From assembly GCA_963701965.1 (NCBI GenBank), contig OY969695.1:3168001-3232000 (forward strand): 64,000 bases of DNA. The letters are read 5' to 3'. Shown piece after piece: positions 57,251 to 64,000 of the stretch. Both the position numbers and the translations under genes were made by a program. The first letter of the stretch is position 1; every line of letters begins with the position of its first letter. The notes under the pieces are model-generated. The model was not told the origin of the DNA. It saw only the letters and a program-made list of their open reading frames with translations, and searched no databases. Source of the DNA: an uncultured Gemmatimonadales bacterium. GTDB lineage: Bacteria; Gemmatimonadota; Gemmatimonadetes; Gemmatimonadales; Gemmatimonadaceae.

Positions 57251-59683
57251 ATGCCGACCCTCGCCGAGTTGCGCAGCGCCGCCCGCGGGCTGGTGCGTGC
57301 CCCGACCGTCTCGATTGCCGCGATCCTGTGTTTGGCCTTGGGGCTGGGTGGCACCTGCGCCATCGCGAGCGCGCTGGACCGCGTGCTCATCCGCTCGCTG
57401 CCGTTTCGGAGCCCCGATCGGCTGGTGACGGTGTATCGCACGAGCCCGAAATTCCGCACCCTGCCGTTTTCGGTCGCGAACTACCTGGACTTCGCCCACG
57501 ATCCGCGCCAGCTCGAGGGACTCGCCGCGCTCGCGTTCAAAACCGGGCTGCTCGCGCTCCCGGATCGGGCGATGCAGGTCGACATCTATCGCGTGACCGG
57601 CAACCTGTTGCCGCTCCTCGGCGTGCACGACGTACAAGGCCGGGTGCTCACCCCCGCCGACGACGCGGCGGGATCGCCCCCCGTGGTGGTCCTGAGCAAT
57701 GCGTTGTGGCGCGACGCGCTGGGCGCCGATCCTGCGATCCTGGGCCGCACGATTCGGCTGGACGGCGTCACGCGCACGGTCGTCGGCATCCTTCCCTCTG
57801 GCTTCCGCGTGCCGCACGGCGGCGAGGTGCTCGAGGCCGATCTCTGGGTCCCGACGCAGTTCACGGCCGAGGAGCGCTCGCGGAGATTCTTTAACCACCT
57901 CAAGGTGCTAGGCCGGCTCGCCCCGGGCGCCCCGGGCGCCACGGTCGCGTCGGCCGAGGCGGAGCTCCAAGCAACCGCGGCCCACCTCGACGCTTTGTAC
58001 CCGGAGATGCGCGGCGAGAGCATCGTGGCGACGACCATGCAGCAGGACGGAGTCCGGGCCGTGCGCACGCCGCTGCTCCTGCTCTTTGGCGCGGTGCTCG
58101 CCGTCCTGCTCATCGCCAGCGTCAACGTCGCCAGCCTGCTCCTCGCCCGCGGCCTGGCCCGCCGCCGCGAGATGGCCGTGCGCACGGCGCTCGGCGGCGC
58201 GCGGTGGGTCATCATGCGCCCGGTGCTCATTGAGAGTCTCCTGCTGGCGTCGACCGGCGGCGTCATTGGGCTTGGCCTGGCCTCGATCGGCATCCGGCTG
58301 ATCCGCACGCTGGCGGTGCGCGAGCTGCCCCAGCTTACCGGACTCTCGGTCGACTTCCGGATCGTCGCGTTCGCCATGGGTCTCGTGATCATCATCGCGG
58401 GCCTGGCCGGCGCGATCCCGGCGTGGCGGACGGCCGCGGTCGATCCGGGCGAGGCCTTGGGCGGCGGTCGGGGGTCGAGCGGCGCCCGCGGGCAGCACCG
58501 CGTGTTGAGCGTGCTCGTGGTCACCGAGCTCGCGCTCTCGCTCACCTTCCTGGTGGGAGCGGGACTCGTGCTGCGCGGCTTCGCGACGCTGACGCACAAG
58601 GAGCCCGGATTCGACGCCCACGCGATCCTGACGCTCAGTGCGAGCGTGGCCCCGGATCGCTATGACGGCGACTCGATCATCCTGCGGCGGTTCCTGAACC
58701 CCGTGCTCGCGCGCATCGGCCAGCTGCCGGGCGTGGCCGGCGCCGGATCGATTCACTGTCTACCGTACGCGTGTTGGGGATCCAACTTCAACGCGCTCTA
58801 CGAAGGGCAGCCCGACGTCGAGGCGTCCAAGCGCCCGGAAGTCGAAGAGCGCGCCGTGTCGCCAGGCTATGTCCAGGCGTTAGGTATGCGCCTCGTACGG
58901 GGCCGCGCTTTGCGCGACGATGACGACCGCCGCGCGTCGTCGCCGCGCGTGGCGCTGGCCAATGAGGCGCTGGTCGCCCGCGACTTCCCGGGCCAGGACC
59001 CTATCGGCAAGCGGTTCCGGGCGGGAAGCGACACCGGGTGGGCCACGATCGTCGGCGTCGTCAGCAACGTGCGGAACTTTGGTCCGACCAGCGACCCGGT
59101 GCCGGAGATGTACTTCCCCTACGCGCAGGATGGTCTCGACGACCGGATCCCGATCGTCGTGCGGGTCAAAGGGGATGACCCGACGGCGATCATCCCGTCC
59201 GTGCGCGCTATCATTCACGACATCGATCCGCAGGCGGCGGTGAGCCGCGTGCGACCGATGACCCAGGTGATGGCGGCAAGCGTCGGCACGCCGCGGTTCT
59301 ATCTCACGCTCTTGGGCACGTTCGCGCTGGTAGCGCTAGTCCTCGCCATTGCGGGGCTGTACGGCGTCATGAGCTACGTGGTCGTCCAGCGCAGGCGCGA
59401 GCTCGGGATCCGGAGCGCCCTCGGCGGCTCACGCTCGGCGATCCTGCGCCACGTCTCGCAGCGCGGCGTCGGGCTGATTGCGGTCGGCGTACTCTTCGGT
59501 CTCGCCGGCGCGGCCGCGCTCACCCGCGTGCTGGGCACGATGCTCTACGGGGTGAGCCCGCTGGATGGTCAGGCGTGGCTCGTCACCACGAGCGCGTTGG
59601 CGGTCGCCGGCCTCATCGCGACGCTAGTACCGGCGTTCCGCGCGGCCCGGGTGGATCCGGTGATCGCGATGCGCGTCGAGTAG
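57251..59683 (+). CDS. Duplicated MacB/FtsX-type ABC permease (ADOP-like orphan permease)
   Basis: Two MacB_PCD plus FtsX repeats; RRREMAVRTALG and RRRELGIRSALG; no adjacent ATPase. Confidence 0.92.
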   Translation: MPTLAELRSAARGLVRAPTVSIAAILCLALGLGGTCAIASALDRVLIRSLPFRSPDRLVTVYRTSPKFRTLPFSVANYLDFAHDPRQLEGLAALAFKTGLLALPDRAMQVDIYRVTGNLLPLLGVHDVQGRVLTPADDAAGSPPVVVLSNALWRDALGADPAILGRTIRLDGVTRTVVGILPSGFRVPHGGEVLEADLWVPTQFTAEERSRRFFNHLKVLGRLAPGAPGATVASAEAELQATAAHLDALYPEMRGESIVATTMQQDGVRAVRTPLLLLFGAVLAVLLIASVNVASLLLARGLARRREMAVRTALGGARWVIMRPVLIESLLLASTGGVIGLGLASIGIRLIRTLAVRELPQLTGLSVDFRIVAFAMGLVIIIAGLAGAIPAWRTAAVDPGEALGGGRGSSGARGQHRVLSVLVVTELALSLTFLVGAGLVLRGFATLTHKEPGFDAHAILTLSASVAPDRYDGDSIILRRFLNPVLARIGQLPGVAGAGSIHCLPYACWGSNFNALYEGQPDVEASKRPEVEERAVSPGYVQALGMRLVRGRALRDDDDRRASSPRVALANEALVARDFPGQDPIGKRFRAGSDTGWATIVGVVSNVRNFGPTSDPVPEMYFPYAQDGLDDRIPIVVRVKGDDPTAIIPSVRAIIHDIDPQAAVSRVRPMTQVMAASVGTPRFYLTLLGTFALVALVLAIAGLYGVMSYVVVQRRRELGIRSALGGSRSAILRHVSQRGVGLIAVGVLFGLAGAAALTRVLGTMLYGVSPLDGQAWLVTTSALAVAGLIATLVPAFRAARVDPVIAMRVE

Positions 59684-59688
59684 CCCCT

Positions 59689-60540
59689 CTACCTTCGGCG
59701 GAGATGCCGTCGAAGCTGCGCCGGTGTGTACCCGGTGGCCCGCCGCACACTACGGGTCAGATGACTTTGGTCGGCGAAACCGGCGCGAGCCGCCACCTCG
59801 GCGAGTGGTGCGTCCGTCGCCGCCAGATCGCGGCAGGCCGCGCGCACGCGGACACCCCGCGCATATTCGCCAACTGAGGAATTGAGGTGTGTGCGAAAGG
59901 CACGCGCCAGCTCCGCCGGGTGCACCCCAACAATCGCCGCGATCGCGGTCAAACCGGGCGGGCGTCGGAAATGGGCCTCCAGGTACGCCTGCACCTCCGG
60001 CAACCAGGACGGCCGCTGGCGCGTCGTCAGGGCGCCGGGTTGGCGCGGCAGCGTCGCCAGGAGCTCCATGATCAACCCCTCGACCAGTAGGTTCGAGAGC
60101 GGATCCTGACTGTCCGCCTCCGCATGCATGCGCAACATGAGGGCACTGGCGGCGGGCCGACTGAGCCACGACGGCCTCTCGGTCGCGATGTGACATCCGT
60201 CGAGACGGGACACCCACGCCTCTGGCAACTCGATGCTGAACAGTCTTCCGCCGTCGCCGCCGAAAGTGTCGCTATGCAGCTCGCCCGCCGGATGATACAG
60301 CCCGGTCATGGCCAGGCAGTGCCGCTCGTCGCGGCCGGCGCGCTCGGTATACGATCCCGCGATCACGAGCGAGAGGTACGCGTGCTCATGATAATGGTGC
60401 GCGCACATTGCCCGTGGCGCGTATACATAGTCCGTCAGAGTCGTACCAGCCACGGACCTGATCGATATACTCTTACCCAGGAAAGCGCCGCGTCCGAGGC
60501 CCACCGGCGTACCAAACCGTTTCGCGCGTTCAAGACTCAC
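59689..60540 (-). CDS. AraC-family regulator with cupin sensor
   Basis: HHYHE cupin; GVHPAELARAFR...AGFADQSHLTR; start uncertain. Confidence 0.9.
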   Translation of the reverse strand: MSLERAKRFGTPVGLGRGAFLGKSISIRSVAGTTLTDYVYAPRAMCAHHYHEHAYLSLVIAGSYTERAGRDERHCLAMTGLYHPAGELHSDTFGGDGGRLFSIELPEAWVSRLDGCHIATERPSWLSRPAASALMLRMHAEADSQDPLSNLLVEGLIMELLATLPRQPGALTTRQRPSWLPEVQAYLEAHFRRPPGLTAIAAIVGVHPAELARAFRTHLNSSVGEYARGVRVRAACRDLAATDAPLAEVAARAGFADQSHLTRSVRRATGYTPAQLRRHLRRR

Positions 60541-60567
60541 TGCGGTCCCCCGCGTATGCATTTGTCC

Positions 60568-61233
60568 ATGCGCACCAGTAGCGGACTTCATCTCGCGACG
60601 GTCATCGGATCGCTGTTGGGAATCTCGATGGTCGGCGCGGCACTGTCGAAAACGTATGCGGGCGTCACGCGCCAGGGCCACGGCATCGTCATCGTCTACT
60701 TCGCCGCTATCGCGTTCGAGTGGTCCCTGCTTGCCTTCGTCTGGTGGGGATCGATGCGCGGGTCGAATGCCACGCTACGCGCCGTCGTGGCCGGTCGCCA
60801 AAGAACCTGGCGCACAACGGTCATCGACGTGGGGGTCGCGGCGGTGCTACTCATCGGCTGGGGGCTCCTGGAGCCGCTCATCATCCGGGCACTGGGGACC
60901 GAGGGTTGGGGTTCCACGGCGGCGATCCTCCCGCACGGCGCCCTCGAATTCGGCGTCTGGATAGTGCTGTCGCTCACCGCGGGTTTCTGCGAAGAGATCG
61001 TGTTTCGCGGTTACCTCCTCGAACAGCTGCGACGCCGTACCAGGACCGTGAGCGTCGCGATCCTGTTTCAGGCCGTAATGTTTGGCATCTCCCACGGATA
61101 CCAAGGCGTGAAGAACATGGCGCTCATTACCGCCCTCGGCGTCCTATATGGGCTCGTCGCATACTGGCGCGGCTCGCTCGCACCCGGCATCCTCGCGCAC
61201 GTCTGGGCTGATATCGCGAGCGTGATCTCCTAG
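60568..61233 (+). CDS. CPBP/CAAX (Abi) intramembrane protease
   Basis: EEIVFRGY, FGISHGYQG, AH...D. Confidence 0.9.
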   Translation: MRTSSGLHLATVIGSLLGISMVGAALSKTYAGVTRQGHGIVIVYFAAIAFEWSLLAFVWWGSMRGSNATLRAVVAGRQRTWRTTVIDVGVAAVLLIGWGLLEPLIIRALGTEGWGSTAAILPHGALEFGVWIVLSLTAGFCEEIVFRGYLLEQLRRRTRTVSVAILFQAVMFGISHGYQGVKNMALITALGVLYGLVAYWRGSLAPGILAHVWADIASVIS

Positions 61234-61244
61234 CGCGGGTCGCG

Positions 61245-62174
61245 TCAGCGTCTGCAGTCGAGCGACGTCAGGTCCACCTGATACAGATTCCGCGAGCCGT
61301 TGTAGATGTTCGACAGCGCTTCCTGCTCGACCTCGGCGTACGTCGCGCGCGAGGGCCGTGGCGCCCGGTCGGGATTGGGGGTAAGCCGGTCGCTCCAGAA
61401 GTACAACCGCTGGCCGTCGGCACTGACCCAGGGATCTCCCGCGTTCGCGGAGTTCACCGGCGCCTGGAATCGTTTCGGGGACGCCCAACCGTCGCCCGTC
61501 CGACAACTGACAAAGAGATTGCTCTTGCCGGCTGGTCCGTCATTGTCGAACACGACGAACCGTTCATCGGCCGCGATGCTCGGATCCCCGCCGGGAAACG
61601 GCAACGCTTGTGGAGCCGCGTAGCCGCCTCCCGCCGGTTCCGCCCTGTAGATCGTACTGCCCCGCGAGAAATACAGGGTACCGCTCGATGTCAGCGATGG
61701 CGCGAATGACGACGTGTCGGTATTGACGCTCAGTCCCAACGGGACGGGGCTTCCCCAGCTCCCCTGCGCGCCGCGCGGGACGCGCCACATGTTGAAGTTG
61801 TGGCGCGGCGCGTTCACTTGATCGCCCGGATACGGGCGGTTGGAGATGAACAGGAGGGTCCGACCGTCCGGTGCAAAAGCGGGATCGCCATCGCGCCACA
61901 CGCCGGAGAACGTGGCCACTTCGGGAGTCCCCCAACTCGCCCCCCGGCGATGGGACTCGACGATCGTCATGTGCCGGAAGAGATGGTCGGTGACGACGTA
62001 CAGCAGCGTCTGCCCGTCCGGCGAGACCGTCGCCTTGAATTCCTCGGCGGGAGTCGAGATCACTCCCGGCCCGAGGATCGTTGGTTCCGCGGCGAGACGC
62101 ACCGAATCCGACCCTTGGGCCCACGCGAGCCGGGAGATCATGAGGGCCGCAACCGCTATCGCACGAGTGATCAT
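61245..62174 (-). CDS. Secreted PD40/TolB-like beta-propeller protein
   Basis: Signal peptide; SPDGQTL, DPAFAPDGRTLLFISNR, PWVSADGQRLYF. Confidence 0.85.
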   Translation of the reverse strand: MITRAIAVAALMISRLAWAQGSDSVRLAAEPTILGPGVISTPAEEFKATVSPDGQTLLYVVTDHLFRHMTIVESHRRGASWGTPEVATFSGVWRDGDPAFAPDGRTLLFISNRPYPGDQVNAPRHNFNMWRVPRGAQGSWGSPVPLGLSVNTDTSSFAPSLTSSGTLYFSRGSTIYRAEPAGGGYAAPQALPFPGGDPSIAADERFVVFDNDGPAGKSNLFVSCRTGDGWASPKRFQAPVNSANAGDPWVSADGQRLYFWSDRLTPNPDRAPRPSRATYAEVEQEALSNIYNGSRNLYQVDLTSLDCRR

Positions 62175-62365
62175 GGGTCGAAGATATGACGGGCGCCGAG
62201 ACCGCTTCATACCCGTGCAGCGAGTGGCATCCGCCGTGCAGCCAATGGATCTGTTCGCCCCTCCCGTACCCATGAGACGCCGTCTACGACCAAAGTAGGT
62301 CTAGGCGCCCGAAACGGCGCCCACTTATGGTATAGCTGCCGAATGATGTGGCGTGGAGGCAAAAC

Positions 62366-62923
62366 ATGGCTCAAGACCAAGACTGGGCGACACCGCAGGC
62401 GATGGCGATCCCGGCCGAAGGGTACTTTGCGCTCGAGCGCGGCCGGTACGGGCCCACGTACCCCAGGACACCGGCGTGTCACGGCTTCACGATCATCGCC
62501 AGGATCAAGCCTGGTACGGAGGCGGAGATCCGGGCGTATGGGAAGAAACTCGCCAATGCGGTGGCCGCCAGCCCCCACGTGCTGGCGCCGCTCCAGCTGC
62601 ACTACCTGCGGTGGGTACTCTTCGACATCGGGAAGGACAAGTACTTCATGTACCAAGGCATCTTCGACACCGATTTCGACAAGTACACCGAGGACGCCAT
62701 CGCGCTCTTCACGCAGACGGGCCTCAACACGATCTTCGAGAAGCTCGAGGGATTCCCCGCGGACTGGCAGACGAATGCACCGGCGTTCATCCAGTTCGTC
62801 CGCGATCACCAACGCCCGAGCTTCTTGGAGTATGGCGAGTATCCCTACGTCTCGGCCCCCGAGATCAAGCGGGCGTTGGCTCTCAAGAAGTCGTTCTCCG
62901 AAATGCTCGACGAAATGCAATGA
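62366..62923 (+). CDS. Conserved hypothetical protein upstream of the DyP peroxidase
   Basis: GGAGG RBS, GC-typical codon usage, LHYLRW...FDTDFDKY; 17 bp from DyP. Confidence 0.8.
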   Translation: MAQDQDWATPQAMAIPAEGYFALERGRYGPTYPRTPACHGFTIIARIKPGTEAEIRAYGKKLANAVAASPHVLAPLQLHYLRWVLFDIGKDKYFMYQGIFDTDFDKYTEDAIALFTQTGLNTIFEKLEGFPADWQTNAPAFIQFVRDHQRPSFLEYGEYPYVSAPEIKRALALKKSFSEMLDEMQ

Positions 62924-62940
62924 AGTCGTGAGCGCCGCCG

Positions 62941-64000
62941 ATGCTCGAGCTCGACGACATTCAGCATTTTCTCTTGACGCGCACCCCGGCGCTCGCGGCG
63001 CGGTATGAGTTCCTGACGTTCAAACACGCGGCCGCGGGAAAGGCGTGGCTGGCGGAGATGGTGGACAAGGTCGGCACCGGGGCCGGGGCTCGCAGCGGCG
63101 CACCGGAAACGCGGTGGGTGACCGTGGCCTTCACATGGAATGGCCTCCGAGCTTTCGGAATCGACGAGGCGGACCTGGCCACGTTTCCCGAAGAGTTTCG
63201 CCAGGGCCTCCCGGCCCGCGCGGAGATTCTCGGCATCACGGGAGCCAGTCACCCTGATCGCTGGGAAAGCGGTTTGACGAGCCCGGCGCTGCACGCCATC
63301 GTCATCCTCTTTGCCCGTGACGCCGCCGCGCGCGAGGTCGCGACGCGCCAACACCGCGAGTATCTGGCGCGCATCGGCGGAGTGACGGTCCTCGCGTCGT
63401 TGGATCTGGAGGCGATCCCGCCGTACGACGACATTCGCGAGCACTTTGGCTACCGGGACCGACTCTCCGAAACCGTGATCGAGGGCACGGGTGTCGAACC
63501 CACGCCGGGATCGGGCCGGCCCATCAAGGCCGGCGAGTTCATTCTCGGGTATCCGGACGAAAGGGGCCAACCCGCATTGCCTCGACCCGAGCGACTGTCG
63601 CGCAATGGGAGCTTCTTGGCCTACCTCCGGATGCAGGAGCACGTCGGTGCGTTTCGCGATTTCTTGGAACGGCAGGCCGAAACGCCCGACGAGCAAGAGA
63701 TGATCGCGGCCAAGCTCATGGGGCGCTGGCGGAGTGGCGCGCCCCTGGTCCTGGCGCCGGACCGGGACGATCCGGCTTTGGGTCGAGACATGCAACGCAC
63801 GAACGACTTCGACTACGGCACGATGGATCCCCGAGGGTATCGCTGCCCGGTCGGCTCGCACATCCGGCGGATGAATCCGCGCGACACGGTCGAGAACATG
63901 GAGCGGCGAAGAATGATCCGGCGCGGCGCCACGTATGGGCCGGCGCTACCGGCCCACGCGCCGGAGGACGGCGTGGACCGGGGGATCGCCGCCTTTGTGG
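62941..64000 (+). CDS. DyP-type peroxidase (runs off window edge)
   Basis: Hand translation: LDDIQ, EHFGYRDRLS, NGSFLAY, AAKLMGRWRSGAP, GSHIRRMNPR, MIRRGATYG. Confidence 0.92.
   Translation, partial: MLELDDIQHFLLTRTPALAARYEFLTFKHAAAGKAWLAEMVDKVGTGAGARSGAPETRWVTVAFTWNGLRAFGIDEADLATFPEEFRQGLPARAEILGITGASHPDRWESGLTSPALHAIVILFARDAAAREVATRQHREYLARIGGVTVLASLDLEAIPPYDDIREHFGYRDRLSETVIEGTGVEPTPGSGRPIKAGEFILGYPDERGQPALPRPERLSRNGSFLAYLRMQEHVGAFRDFLERQAETPDEQEMIAAKLMGRWRSGAPLVLAPDRDDPALGRDMQRTNDFDYGTMDPRGYRCPVGSHIRRMNPRDTVENMERRRMIRRGATYGPALPAHAPEDGVDRGIAAFV

Noticed and set aside
57919..57940. 9-bp tandem duplication (APGAPGA) in the permease
   Set aside because: In-frame GC-rich microduplication in a loop; no sign of function.
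62270..62365. Hairpins upstream of the DyP operon as a possible riboswitch
   Set aside because: Short GC stems only; no aptamer consensus recognised. A covariance-model search would be needed.
1..64000. CRISPR arrays, IS elements, integrases, tRNA/rRNA, anti-phage systems
   Set aside because: No repeat-spacer arrays, transposase or integrase motifs, or RNA gene signatures seen by eye. The CAAX/Abi-family protease alone is not evidence of defence.

Overview
High-GC bacterial chromosomal window, densely coding with about 53 genes. I saw no rRNA, tRNA, CRISPR array or mobile element. The mix of SusC/SusD, an ECF sigma factor with a Ser/Thr kinase, a duplicated ABC permease and many lipoproteins suggests a Gemmatimonadota-like organism (inference). 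Contents: several regulator-target modules (MocR, two ArsR, LysR, CGNR/ABATE, AraC, LytTR), a double histidine-kinase hybrid, surface lipoproteins, a heme uptake operon with a REC-PAS gene inside it, mmsA, an ECF-kinase-FHA operon, a hydrolase fused to a solute-binding protein, a MOSC reductase cluster and a DyP peroxidase pair. The best candidate for an undescribed system is the 17.4-30.9 kb locus. There a 48-bp promoter/LysR-box element occurs twice, once upstream of susC-susD and once upstream of an operon for ThDP E1alpha/E1beta, an FAD oxidase and a YkvI transporter. That operon has no E2/E3, and its E1beta has Met in place of the conserved QHSQ histidine. Second, a TAAC-N21-GTTA motif occurs three times around a CGNR regulator and may be its operator. 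At least five genes carry single-base frameshifts in short homopolymers, probably sequencing errors.
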